This document shows positions 12,221-24,367 of a stretch of 64,000 bases of DNA, one piece after another; the first letter of the stretch is position 1, and each line of letters opens with the position of its first letter. The DNA comes from Felis catus. Its lineage: Eukaryota. Both the position numbers and the translations under genes were made by a program. Under the pieces are notes generated by a model. The model was not told where the DNA came from. It made no database searches and was given only the letters and a program-made list of their open reading frames with translations. The stretch is taken from NCBI RefSeq assembly GCF_018350175.1, contig NC_058368.1:87298001-87362000 (forward strand), read 5' to 3'.

Positions 12221-14245
12221 CCACCTCTTCTTTATACATTCTTTATTTGATGGACATTTGGGCTCATTCCACAAATTGGCTATTGTTGATAGAGCTGCTA
12301 TAAACATTGGGGTGCATGTGCCCCTCCAAATCGGAATTTTTGTAGCCTTTAAATAAATAATTAATATTTCAATTGCTGGCTTAGGTAGTTCTATTTTTAA
12401 TTTTTTGAGGAACCTCCATACTGTTTTCCAGCGTGGCTACACCAGTTTGCATTCCCACCAACAGGACAAAGGGATTTCCCTTTCTCTCCATCATCACCAA
12501 TATTTGTTTTTTCCTGTGTTGTTAATTTTAGCCATTCTGAGTGGTGTGAAGTGATATCTCATTGGGTTTTTATTTGTATTTCCCTGATGATGAGTGATGT
12601 TGAGCATCTTTTCATGTATCTTTTTGCCATCCAGATGTCTTCTTTGGAAAAGTGTCTATTCATGCCTTCTGTGTATTTCTTCACGGAATTATTTGTTTTT
12701 TTGGGTGTTGAGTTTGATGTCTTATATATTTTGGAAAATAACCCTTTATCTGAGATGTCATTTGCAAATACCTTCTCCCATCCCCTCTGTGACTTCTAGT
12801 TTTGTTGATTGTTTCCTTCACTGTACAGATTTTATTTTGACGAGGTCCCAATTGTTCATTTTGTTTTTATTTCTCTTGCCTCCAGAGACACATCTAGTAA
12901 GAAGTTGCTATAGACTAAGTCAAAGAGGTTGCTGCGTGTTTTCTCCTGTAAGATTTTGATGGTTTTCTATCTCACATTTAAGTCGTTCATCATTTTGAAT
13001 TTATTTTTGTGTATGGTCTAAGAAAGGGGTCCAGTTTCATTCTTCTGCATGTCACTGTCCAATTTTGTCAACACCATTTGCTAAAGAGACTTTTTTTCCC
13101 TTTGACACTCTTTCCTGCTCTGTCAAATATTAGTCGGCCATACATTTGTGGGTCCATTTCTGGTTCTCTATTCTGTTCCATTGATGTATATGTCTGTTTT
13201 TGTGCCAGTACCATACTGTCTTGATGATTATAGCTTTGTAATACACCTTAAAATCTGGAATTGTGATGCCTCCAGGCTTGATTTTCTTTTTCAACATTAC
13301 TTTAGCTATTCAGGGTCTTTTCTGGTTCCATACAAATTTTAAGATTGTTTCTTCTAGTTCTGTGAAGAATTCTGGTGTTATTTTAAAGATTTCATTGAAT
13401 GTGTAGATTGTTTTAGGTAGTATCAACATTTTAACAATATTTGTTCCTCCAATCCATGATCATGGAATGTTTTTTTTCCTTTTTTGTGTGTCTTCTTAAG
13501 GTTCTTTCATAATCATTCTATAGTTTTCAGCATACAGGTACTTTACCTCCTTGGTTATGTTTATTCCTAGATGTCTTATAGGTGTCTTATGGGTTTTGGT
13601 GCTATTGTAAATGAAATCAATTCCTTGATTTCTCTTTCTGCTGCTTCACTGGTGTTTAGAAATACAACCAATTTCTATATGTTAATTTTATATCCTGCTA
13701 CTTTGCTGAATTCATGTATTAGTTATAGCAGTTTTTTGATAGAGCCTTTTGGGAATTTTATATTGGGCATCACATCATCTGTGAAAAGTGAAAGTTTGAC
13801 TTGTTCTTTAACAATTTGTATGCCTTTTATTTACTTTTATTGTCTGATTGCTGAAGCTAGGACTTCCAACAAAATGTTCAACAACAGTAGTGAGAGTGGA
13901 CATCCCTGTAATGTTCTTGATCATAGGGGAAAAGCTCTCAGTTTTTCCTCATTGAGGATAATATTGAGATGTTGAGGTACATTCCTTCTATCCCTGCTCT
14001 TTAAGGCTTTTTATCATAAAGATAAAAGTGCTTTTTCTGCATCTATTGAAGGGTAACATGGTTCTTATCCTTTCTTTGATTCTTCTGGTGTATCACATTG
14101 ATTGATTTGTGAATATTAAGTCGCTCCTGAAGCCCCCGAATAAATCCCACTTTAAATTTACTGTTGAATTCAATTTTCCAGTATTCTGTTGAAAATTTTG
14201 CCTTCATAAGAGAAAAAAAAGATGGAGAAAAAAAGAGAAGAAAAT

Positions 14246-14440
14246 GGGGCGCCTGGGTGGCTCAGTCAGTTGAGCGTCTGACTTCAGCTCATGTCATGAT
14301 CTCACAGTTCATGAGTTCAAGCCCCACACTGAGCTCTCTGCTATCAGTACAGATCCCACCTCAGATCCTTTGTCCCCCTCTTTCTATGCCCCTCACTCAC
14401 TCATGCTCTCTCTCTCTCTCTCTCTCAAAAACGAATAAAA
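14246..14440 (+). mobile_element. CanSINE directly fused to an L1 3' fragment
   Basis: GGGGCGCCTGGGTGGCTCAG head, (CT)n, truncated tail running into L1 sequence. Confidence 0.9.
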
Positions 14441-14566
14441 CAAAACTGGCACATCACTGTGGAAAACAATATGGAGTTTCCTCAAAAAAATTAAAAATAG
14501 AACGGCCTTATGACCAAGCAATTGCACTAGTAGATATTTATCAAAAGGATACAGGAGTGCTATTTT

Positions 14567-15029
14567 TTTAATATGAAATTTATTATGAAATTGGTTTCCA
14601 TACAACACCCAGTGTTCATCCCAACAGGAGCCCTCCTCAATGCCCATCACTCACTTTCCCCTCCCTCCCACCCCCCTTCAACCCTCAGTTTGTTCTCAGT
14701 TTTTAAGAGTCTCTTATAGTTTGCTACCTTCCCTCTCTGTAACTTTTTTTTCCCTTCCCCTCCCCCATGGGTTTCTGTTAAGTTTCTCAGGATCCACATA
14801 AAAGTGAAAACATATGGTATCTGTCTTTCTCTGTATGACTTATTTCACTTAACATAACACTCTCCAGTTCCATCCACGTTGCTACAAAAGGCCATATTTC
14901 ATTCTTTCTCATTGCCACGTAGTATTCCATTGTGTATATAAACCACAATTTCTTTATCCATTCATCAGTTGATGGACATTTAGGCTCTTTCCATAATTTG
15001 GCTATTGTTGAAACTTCTGCTATAAACAT
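14567..15029 (-). mobile_element. 5'-truncated young L1 (~460 bp)
   Basis: ORF2 C-terminus ...FSLLCGS and young 3'UTR; perfect 17-bp TSD TACAGGAGTGCTATTTT at 14550-14566 and 15030-15046. Confidence 0.95.
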
Positions 15030-15210
15030 TACAGGAGTGCTATTTTGAAGGGGTACATGCACGTGAATGTTTATAGCAGCACTATCAGCAATAGCCAAAA
15101 TATAGAAAGAGCTCAAATGTCCATCAACTGATGAATGGATAAAGAAATTATCCACACACACACACACACCCAATGGAATATTACTCAGTGATCAAAAAGG
15201 ATGAAATCTC

Positions 15211-15376
15211 GGGCCACCTGGGTGGAGCAGTCAGTTGAGCATCCGACTTCAGCTCAAGTCATGATCTCACAGTTCATGGGTTCAATACCTGCGTAGGGCT
15301 CTCTCCTGACAGCTCAGAGCCTGGAACCTGCTTTGGGTTCTGTGTCTCCCTCTCTCTGTACCTCTCCCCTGCTTGT

Positions 15377-15421
<45 letters not shown>

Positions 15422-15445
15422 GATAAACATTAATTTAAAAAAAAT
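15211..15445 (+). mobile_element. CanSINE
   Basis: GGGCCACCTGGGTGG head, (CT)n, A tail; interrupts the L1 at ...TGAAATCT|TGCCATTTGC. Confidence 0.9.
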
Positions 15446-17444
15446 AAAATCTTGCCATTTGCAAGTACTTGTATGGAACTATAGGGATTATGCTAAGCAA
15501 AGTTATTTAGTCAGTGAAAGGCAAATATCATATGACTTCACTCATATGTGGAATTTAAGATACAAAACATATTAGCATAAGGGAAGGGAAGCAAAAATAA
15601 TTTAAAAACAGGAAGGGGGCAAACCATAAGAGACACTTAAATACAGAGAACAAACTGAGGGTTGCTAGAGCAGTTTGGGTGGGGGGATTGGTGAAATGGG
15701 CAAGGAGCATTAAGGAGGACCCTTGTTGGGATAATCACCAAGTGTTATATGTAAATGAAGAATCACTAAATTCTATTCCTGAAATCATTATTATACTATA
15801 TGTTAAGTAACTTGGATTTGAATTTTAAAAAATAATTTAAGTAGAATAAAATCTTATAAAATAAAAAAAATGAATAATACATTTTAAAACAAAGAGAGGA
15901 AAAAAGTTTTATCTGTTGGTACCTAGGGGGTGATAGCTATGATGGTCTGAAAGAGAGCCTGGCTGTGTAGGCTCTGAGTCAGTCTTGCTCTAGTAAATAA
16001 GTAGCTGCCAGGCAAGGTTTGGTGTAAGCGGGTCCTACCTTCACTGGGGGATCCTGTGCCGCTCTCTGTGATCCCACTGTATTGGTGTTGGGGGATAAAA
16101 TGTACCACCCCAATTTCTCATCATGGACCATGGATCTCATCCCCCACTCTTCAGGCATCCCTCACAGAATACTAAGAGTGTCAGCTTGCCCTGAGCCACA
16201 ACTCTCCTGTGCTTTCTCCTTGACACACACAGCTAGGATTCAAAACCCAAGGTCTTAAAGATTGACACAGTGCAGATCAGCTCCCCTTCTCTGGGATAGG
16301 CCCTCTCTACCCTGTGGGTGAAAGGCCTTTTCTTAGCACCTGCATGGTCTTTTGTCTTTGGGGAGGCAATAAACCCTCTTCCAAAAGTATTCCTAGAAGA
16401 GGATTGTTCTCTCCCAGTTCATCCTGAAGATTTCTACATCACACAATGCACTCCCTCCTTCTTCCCGGGAGTGCACTCTTCAACTTAGCTCTGGAGAAAG
16501 TCACACACTTCCAGAACCTCCGAGTTTGGACTCCACCACTGTTTGCAAAAACTGGGGCACCCAGTACTTCTTTCTACCCAGTTTGTGGTCCAGAGAGGTT
16601 TTCCTCTTGTGCTAACTCAATGCCTCACTATCTCAACCCCTGTTTTCTTTCTCTCCCCTTTGTCTCTCCACAGAAGGGGTTACCTCCCCTCCACAGGTCT
16701 GTCACTTTCTCTCCCACAGCTCACATCTGCACACCTCACTCCTGCCAAGCTGTCTTCCTCCAACTGTGGAGATTCTTCTGCCACTCTGCAGATCAGCTTC
16801 CTGGGTGTTCTGAGTAATATGACCTCAATACAGCTGTCTTTGAGCCCAGGATACCCTGACTTCTCTGCCATCTTAACTCCCCTCTATGCAACACTTTTTA
16901 AAAACCCACAAGAGATGTGCTCTTATAGAAAAAAAAAGAATCAGGAAAGGTAACAGAAGATTAGAGTATAATCCTTATGCCCATGAGCTAATGCTTTCTC
17001 TGCCCTTGCAAAGTCTCCCTGGAATGTCAAACATCCTTAGTCCAGGAGGAATCAGCAGAGCCTCAGTTGATATCACCACCTTCTGTAAGAGTCTTATTCA
17101 TTCACCTACATCCATCTCCACCGTAACAGCATTTCTGTTGTATAATGAGAGTTCAGGATTCTGCACTTAGACTCATTAGATGCATTTCTTTGGCTGCTAC
17201 TCTTATAAAAAAGCCTATGATTCTTTTCTTAGCTTTCTTTGCTTACTCTCTAGGTAAAAAGGTTTCTACCAGGCACTTTGCTTGGTCTTGATAATGAAAA
17301 TTTGCTTATAAATCATAGTTAAAATAGATTACATCTTCCCATAACTCATCTCAGATGTTAGACAACTTTTCTAGAATGACTTTCAGAGGATGAGGTTGTC
17401 TTCACATTATCTGAAAAGTCTTAGAGTGATTTACCATGGCTTCC

Positions 17445-17798
17445 TGCTATGGTCTAAATGTTTATGTCCTCCCAAAATTTATATGTTGAAACTCTAACCC
17501 CAAATATTATGGCACTGAGAGATAGGGCTTTTGGGAGGTAATTCAGTCGTGAGAATGGAGCCCTCATGGTGGGGTTAGTACTCTTATAAGAAGAGACACG
17601 AGAGAGGCTATATATCTCTCTCTGTCAATATCTCTCAATGTTGTTGCTGTGTGAGCATACAGTGAGAAGGCGGCCATCAGTTATCCTGGCCAGAAACTTG
17701 ATCTTGGACTCCCCAGCCTCTAGAGCCATGAGAAACAAATGATTGTGAAGCTACCCAGTCTACAGTATTTGTATTTGTTGCCCAAGCAGACTAAGACA
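17445..17798 (+). mobile_element. Solo MaLR LTR (MLT1A-like)
   Basis: Starts TGCTATGGTCTAAATGTTTATGTCCTCCCAAAA, ends GACTAAGACA (TG...CA); near-perfect 5-bp TSD CTTCC/CTCCC. Confidence 0.85.
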
Positions 17799-18287
17799 CT
17801 CCCTATACAAACACTATAACAGCCTGTCTCCCATGTGGCTGGGACACAGTCTGGTATATCCTGAGATATGAAAGGCCCAGAGGATCAGTCTAACACCAGA
17901 GTAGGGAGATATATATCTCCCATCCAGGATAAAAGGAAGTTTCAGGAGGTAAAACATGAAGTCTTACAATAAACCAGTGGGAACTGAGCAGTGCCTCAGA
18001 CTATACTGTGACACCACATTGCAAGAAAGAAATGAGAAGATAGACATGTGTAACAAGTCACTTGGTGTCTCAGTGACCAGCAGAAACTAATGTGATCTGC
18101 AATGATCTTCATTTTGATATGTTTATATGTTTATGCATTTTTTTAAGAAAATATCTTATTTGGGTGTGTGAAATCTTTACAGAAGTGCCTGCCCTCTAGG
18201 AAATTACTGCCTCATACTGTACATACTTAGAGGCTAGAAAACCCCCAAATAATATTAATAAAGTCAGCCTCCACAGCAATCCCAAAA

Positions 18288-18775
18288 TTATTTTATTTTA
18301 TTTTATTTTTAATATGAAATTTATTGGGGCGCCTGGGTGGCTCAGTCGGTTAAGCGGCCGACTTCGGCTAGGGTCATGATTTCGCAGTCCATGAGTTTGA
18401 GCCCCGTGTCGGGCTCTGTGATGACAGCTCAGAGCCTGGAGCCTGTTTCAGATTCTGTGTCTCCCTCTCTCTGACCCTCCCCCATTCATGCTCTGTCTCT
18501 CTCTGTCTCAAAAATAAATAAACGTTAAAAAAATTTTAAAAAACCCAGAAATTTATTGTCAAATTGGTTTCCGTGCAGCACCCAGTGCTCATCCCAACAG
18601 GTGCCCTCCTCAATGCCCATCACACACTTTCCCCTCCCTCAGTTTATTCTCAGTTTTTAAGAGTCTCTTATGGTTTGGCTCCCTCTGTCTCTAACCATTT
18701 TTTTTTCCTTCCCCGCCCCCATGGTCTTCTGTTAAGTTTCTTGGGATCCACATAAGAGTGAAAACATATATATAT
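18288..18775 (-). mobile_element. Short 5'-truncated young L1 3' end, split by a SINE
   Basis: T-rich tail + AATATGAAATTTATTG...TCAAATTGGTTTCC...GGATCCACATAAGAGTGAAAACATA. Confidence 0.88.
18326..18547 (+). mobile_element. Young CanSINE
   Basis: Near-consensus head; TSD GAAATTTATT at 18316-18325 and 18548-18557. Confidence 0.95.
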
Positions 18776-18975
18776 ATTTTTTATTTTTTAAGTTTATTTT
18801 TAGAGAGAGAAATAGTGAGTGGGGGATGGGCAGAGGGGAGGAGAGAGAGACAATACCAAGCAGGTTCCACACTGTCAATGCAGAGTCCAATGTGGGGCGG
18901 CTGAACTCATGAACCGTGAGATCATGACCTGAGCCGAAGTCGTATTCTTAAACGACTGAGGCCCCCCGGCGCCCC
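18776..18975 (-). mobile_element. CanSINE
   Basis: T tail, (GA)n, GAGATCATGACCTGAGCCGAAGTC, ...GGCGCCCC. Confidence 0.9.
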
Positions 18976-19969
18976 ATAAACACAATTTTAAACATGTAAG
19001 ATGGGTATAAAATTTGCCAAAGGTAATTGAGTTTATTCTTAAAGGGGAAAAAAAAGGATCTCTGTTACTGTTACTGCTGTTGCACAAAGTCTAAATCACT
19101 ATTGATTGAAGCCTAGCAGCTGTGGAGTTCAGTCCAGCCATAAAGACTAAATCCACTGCAGATGTAAATGTTGTGTGTTTCAGTCCTCCACCACCTTGCA
19201 TTGTGGGCAGCACATGTCTGTGCATTGTCTGAAAGCCTTCCGTAGACACTGCAGCTAAATGATTGTCTGATTGCTTTTGCATTTAACACACTAGCATGAA
19301 GATTTTTACATCTAAATGCGAGTTGACAGACAATTTCAGCTAGCCGCATATTGTATGTGTGAGGTGCATAAAGACTTTTCAATCATTCATTTCCACTTAT
19401 CAACTAAAATTTTGTTTAGTATGTGAATGTTTTTGAAATGTATAGCAATAGGATGTTGCACTGGGGGCAATTCATCATGCAATATAATAAAATTAATTTT
19501 TACCTTCCCCCTCCCCCACAAAAGAAAGAGTCTCACTATATGCACAACACACACGAATAGGTTTCCAAAGCTTTTCTGGCAGAGTGATACTTTTGAAAGA
19601 GTACCTGAAAAGCACACATCCTATCCTGTTTTCTTCTTGAGTGTTTCTCGCACTTTCCCATAGTGTACTCATAAAAGCAGAGAGAAGTGAATGATGGGAA
19701 ACTTACCATAATATACAGCAGTGCACCAAAGCATGCAAATGAATTGAAGTCTTGGGTTTCATTACAAAATTTTGTCTATGTTTTTCTATCTATTATGCCA
19801 GTTTATCATAATGGAAACATGCTTTCATTTAATTATCAGTTGAATTATTTAAGTATTTTCTCCTAAAACATCTAATACTATTGACGCTTCTGGGAAATTC
19901 ACCATGTTCATCTTGTGGTTTTACAGAACTGTGATACTGAAAATTCTACGGGTCCTCAGTAGAGGACCT

Positions 19970-20390
19970 ACCTGCCTGCCATACCATCCCCATATTTAGT
20001 GGCTTATATTAACAACCATTTTATTATACGTGACTATTTTGTGGGTTAGGACCTTGAGCAGAGCTCAGTTAGGAGATTATTCTGCTCTATGTTGTGTCTA
20101 CTGAGGTCACTAGGTGGGAAAGTCTGGTCAGGTGGGTCTAGGATAGATAGCTCCACTTAGGTGTGGAGAACTGGCTGGAAGCCTGACAGAGGTAGAGCTG
20201 TAGACGACAGCATCCATCCACAGTCTCCTTAACATGGCTATCTTAGGATAGTTAGCCTTCTCACCTGGTGACTTACAGACACAGAAAGAATGTTAATTAG
20301 CTGGAAGCTGCTGGATTTCTTATCATCTTGCCTTAGAAGATCTAAAATATCACTTTTGCTCATTCTAATAGTCTTCATATATCACTGCAC
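19970..20390 (-). mobile_element. Degraded MaLR (MLT1-type) LTR
   Basis: TTAGTGGCTTA...ACAACCATTTTATTA...TGTGGGTTAGGA... pattern typical of antisense old MLT1 LTRs; ends not resolved. Confidence 0.45.
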
Positions 20391-20404
20391 GGAAGAGAAA
20401 ATAT

Positions 20405-20598
20405 TTTTAAAATTTTTAATGTTTATTTCTTTTTGAGAGAGAGAGGCAGTGTGCTAGTGGGTGAAGGGCAGAAAGAGAGGGAAACACAGAATCTGAAGCA
20501 GGCTCCAGGTTCTGAGCCATCAGCACGAAGCCCAATGCAGAGCTTGAACTTATGAACTGCGAGATCATGACCTGAGCCAAAGTTGGACACTCAACTGA
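20405..20598 (-). mobile_element. CanSINE
   Basis: Antisense SINE body; imperfect TSD AGAAAATA(T/C)TTT. Confidence 0.9.
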
Positions 20599-20860
20599 CT
20601 GAGCCCCCCGGGCACCCCAGAAATAGAAAATACTTTGAGATATCTTTAATCTAGCACCTCTGTTTTGAGAAAAACAGTCCTCAGTCCTCTCAAATGTGTT
20701 CTAAAATGAGGTTGGGTTGTGACATAGCTGTGTGTATGAATTGACCCTCTTCAGGGTCATGTCACATTGCTTTCACTGAATTGTGTCTGGACCTGTTCCA
20801 TTAGGCAAAGTTAGAAGAGAAAGCTCTTATATATTATTATACATGCTCATGAAGTTAGTT

Positions 20861-21536
20861 CTTTTTATTTTTTTTTACTTTTATTTTTTATTTTTTAAAA
20901 TTCACATCCAAATTAGCATATAGTGAAACAATGATTTCAGGAGTAGATTCCTTAATCTACTCTACTCTAATCTAATCTAATCTACATGTGTAATGTCCCA
21001 TTTAGCCCATCTCCCCTCCCACACCCCCTCCAGTAACCCTCTGTTTGTTCTCCATATTTATGAGTCTCTTATGTTTTGTCACCCTCCCTGTTTTTATATT
21101 ATTTTTGTTTCCCTTCCCTTATGTTCATCTGTTTTGTCTCTTAAAGTCCTCATATGAGTGAAGTCGTATGATTTTTGTCTTTCTCTGACTGACTAACTTC
21201 ACTTAGCATAATACCCTCCAGTTCCATCCACGTAGTTGCAAATGGCAAGATTTCATTCTTTTTGATTGCCGAGTAATATTCCATTGTATATATATACCAC
21301 TTCTTCTTTATCCATTCATCCATTGATGGACATGTGGGCTCTTTCCATACTTTGGCTATTGTTGACAGTGCTGCTATAAACATGGGGGTGCATGTGTCCC
21401 TTCAAAACAGCACACCTGTATCCCTGGTATAAATGTCTACTAGTGCAACTGCTGGGTCGTAGGGTAGTTCTATTTTTAGTTTTTTGAGGAACCTCCATAC
21501 TGTTTTCCAGAGTGGCTGCACCAGCTTGCATTCCCA
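20861..21536 (-). mobile_element. 5'-truncated L1 3' end
   Basis: ORF2 C-terminus [11 protein letters not shown]...; TSD ATGAAGTTAGTT at 20849-20860 and 21537-21548. Confidence 0.92.
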
Positions 21537-21744
21537 ATGAAGTTAGTTTTAAAGGGCTTTTAGCTGTTACCCAGTGGCTGCTCTATGGCAACCCAGGGAA
21601 AAATTTCTTTGTGTTTTGGAAATAGGAATAGTCATGGTTCTTTCACAATTCTGAAATCAAATGCTGTAGCTCTGTGATTTATATTTTCTTATTGCCTTTA
21701 CTCTCAGAAAGACTTCAATTTCCCTTTTGTCCTAATTGTCATAC

Positions 21745-21801
21745 ATTTATTATCATTATTATTATTATTAATTATTATTATTATTATTATTATTATTTAT
21801 T
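21745..21801. repeat. (ATT)n microsatellite
   Basis: Direct reading. Confidence 0.9.
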
Positions 21802-21929
21802 GTCTCTGCTAGGTTATATTAGTATCTGGCATGCTTATGGCAAGGAGGTAAAAATGAGTACATTAAATGTAATAAATACAAAAGGTGACAAAAATGCAAA
21901 TATAGAGTCCTAGTATCATGACTCTATTC

Positions 21930-22145
21930 TGCTAAAGGAGGCAGACAATATGGACTTTAGTGCTGGTCTCAGTTCCTAGAGTGGCCATGACCAAGTTATT
22001 GCAACCTCTCCAATAGTCCAGTTCTTATACGACAATGGAAAGTTATAAAAGAGCTCACATCATGGGAGTATATTAAATAAGATGGCATACACAAATACAC
22101 TTAATCTAGTACCTACATCTTGGAAGGCTTCTACAAATGTTACTT
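21930..22145 (+). mobile_element. MIR (degraded)
   Basis: GGCCATGACCAAGTTA...AACCTCTC...ATTAAATAAGAT...ACACTTA...AAATGTTA matches the MIR layout. Confidence 0.55.
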
Positions 22146-22859
22146 GTTACAATGACCTTGAACTTGTTAGTTAAAATTTCATTGTCCCTAACTTTGATTG
22201 TATACATATCTTGTATTCTCAAGTCCAGCATTGGCTTTTTAGATAAGATATTATGCTATTTGACTCTAATATAGAGTCTTACACGTTCAAAATAAATATG
22301 CTTGCTTTCAGCCAATAGAGTGGAAAACTTTCTATAGAAGAAAACCTGAACTGTAGAAAAAACAACAACAAACACATCACGTAAGTCACAGGAAGAAGAA
22401 AGCAATCCCCTTAATTTTGGGAATTTTTTTTAAATTTACATAAAATTTATGGAGATTTAAGTATATGGAGACAAACAAAATTATTATAAGTAATATAAGA
22501 TTACATTTTAGGTTCATATTATGCACACTTAGGAGTAATGAAAAAGGAAGAGGGAAGATCAGAAAGAAACAAGTGGGAGGGAAAAAAGGGAGCAAGTATT
22601 AGGAAAGTAGAAATTAAGTAATTTGACAAAAACTTACTGCACACCAATTGTGTTTAAATGATTCCTAAAAGTATATGGTGTCTTAGAACTAAAGACTATT
22701 GGGAGACGTGCGATTTTAGGCACCATGACCACACAGAAGGCAAAATGCTTTGACAGAGGACTTGAGGGGCTCCCAAATGTCTCTAAAAATTTAACTCTGG
22801 CTGTGTACTTCTCAATCACACAATACATTTTCCAGGGTTTCTGTAACCAATGGACATTG

Positions 22860-23828
22860 TCACATCTCAGAGCCTAATCTGCAGAGCCTCCAGATCCTTG
22901 ACAGGAGCTTTCTCAGGGCTCCCTTTACATCCTTGTTCCTCAGAGTGTAGATAAAAGGATTGAGGGTGGGGGTGATTATGGAATAGAAGAGGGAGATAAA
23001 CTTGCCCTGTTCTTGGGAGTAGCTGGAAGAGGGTTGCAGGTACATGTAGATGGCTGGCAGGTAGAAGAGGGACACCACCACCAGGTGGGAGGAACAGGTC
23101 CCAAAGGCTTTGTGCCTTCCCCTGGAGGATTGGATCCTGAGCACTGTTCGGGCAATGAAGCCATAGGAGAAAAGGATGAGAGCTAGGGGAACCAGCACAA
23201 AGAAGGCTACCAGCACAGCCAGTGTGGTATCATTCATGGCTGTGTCAGCACATGACAACTTAATCATGGCTGGCACCTCACAGAAGAAGTTGTTCAGCAC
23301 CTGCCGCCCACAGAAAGGCAGCTGCACTGTCAGCACTACCTGAACAAGGGAGTTGCCAAAGCCACTGAGCCAGGCCACAGCCACGAGCTGTTGACAGAGA
23401 GGACGATGCATGATAACGGCATACCGGAGAGGCTCACAGATGGCCACATAGCGGTCCAGCGCCATAGCAGCCAAGACAATGCACTCAGTGCATCCCAACC
23501 AGTGGAAAATTGCATACTGCATTGTGCAGCCACCATAGCTGATGGTCTTACTGGAGCTCCCCATGTTGACCAGCATCTGAGGGACTGTGGTGGTGGTATA
23601 GCAGAGGTCGAGGAAGGATAGGTGCCCGAGAAAGATGTACATGGGGCTGTGGAGCTGAGAATCCAGTCGAGACACCAGGATGATAGCAATGTTCCCCAAC
23701 ATGGCCAGAATGTAGGACACCAGGAGGACCACAAAAAGAGGGAGCTCCAGCCATGGCCTGTCAGAAACACCTAGAAGGATGAAGTCTTTAGGGGGTTCCC
23801 GCAGAATGCTGTGGTTATGACCTCTCAT
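22860..23828 (-). CDS. OR2B11: Olfactory receptor 2B11 orthologue, intact, 322 aa
   Basis: MRGHNHS...FILLGVSDRPWLELPLFVVLL...LHSPMYIFL...YAIFHWLGCTECIVLAAMALDRYVAIC...QLPFCGRQVLNNFFCEVP...KAFGTCSSH...PTLNPFIYTLRNKD closely matches human OR2B11 as recalled; all canonical OR motifs intact; splice acceptor CAG at 23852-23850 just upstream of the ATG. Confidence 0.9.
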   Translation of the reverse strand: MRGHNHSILREPPKDFILLGVSDRPWLELPLFVVLLVSYILAMLGNIAIILVSRLDSQLHSPMYIFLGHLSFLDLCYTTTTVPQMLVNMGSSSKTISYGGCTMQYAIFHWLGCTECIVLAAMALDRYVAICEPLRYAVIMHRPLCQQLVAVAWLSGFGNSLVQVVLTVQLPFCGRQVLNNFFCEVPAMIKLSCADTAMNDTTLAVLVAFFVLVPLALILFSYGFIARTVLRIQSSRGRHKAFGTCSSHLVVVSLFYLPAIYMYLQPSSSYSQEQGKFISLFYSIITPTLNPFIYTLRNKDVKGALRKLLSRIWRLCRLGSEM

Positions 23829-24034
23829 GTTGAGGCATGTTTTTGGTGCCTGTGATGAGTCAAGAAAGTCAAAGTGAATAAAACCTGAGAGCATGAGATA
23901 ACTGTCTTCCTCATGCTTGTGCCTGAGCTTTCCTACAGACGTTGCATCCTGTCATCTCCATAGAGACACTGAGACATGGGGAAGTTGGGATCAGGAGGCA
24001 CAGCACATGCACATGGGTTTTGCTCTGCCTCCTA

Positions 24035-24175
24035 TGCTCTGTGACCTTGATTATGCCATTTAATCTTTCTGAACTTTGATTTCTGCATCTGCGATGCAGG
24101 GAGAAAATACTTCCCTCAAATGCAAAGTTTTGGAGATGATAGATCAACATGATGTTTGTGAATGTACACCATAAA
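24035..24175 (+). mobile_element. MIR fragment
   Basis: TGTGACCTTGA...TTAATCTTTCTGAACTTTGATTTCTGCATCTG core. Confidence 0.6.
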
Positions 24176-24367
24176 TGACAATTTTCTTCCAATTTGGTCA
24201 AAGTCTGTCATATCTCCCATAACTATCAGAATGTTTGACCTCTCTCTGCAAACTCACTGACAGGCAATTGACTTCTTTCTTAGGTTTTCTTCCTTTGCCC
24301 TTTGGAAGTGTTGGTAGGAGGGAGGTGAGAAGTGGCATAAAGCAAGATAGGAACACACTTGACTCAC

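Larger units (their letters stand above)
14441..15890 (+). mobile_element. 5'-truncated old L1 3' end, interrupted by an L1 fragment and a SINE
   Basis: AAACTGG...GGAAAACAATATGGAG...; old-type 3'UTR and A-rich tail. Confidence 0.85.
5576..16884 (-). mobile_element. Old carnivore L1 (L1_Carn-like), internally deleted, host to nested insertions
   Basis: 3' end at 5576-5661; resumes 11798-14207 (3'UTR and ORF2 antisense); 5'UTR-like GC-richer block ~15900-16884 ending GCCATCTT; TSD TATGCAACAC(A/T)TTTT at 5561-5575 and 16885-16899. Confidence 0.8.

Noticed and set aside
23829..23894. 22-aa N-terminal extension of OR2B11 in the ORF track (ATG 23894)
   Set aside because: It lies upstream of a good splice acceptor (CAG 23852-23850), so it is probably intronic; the start matching the human protein is 23828
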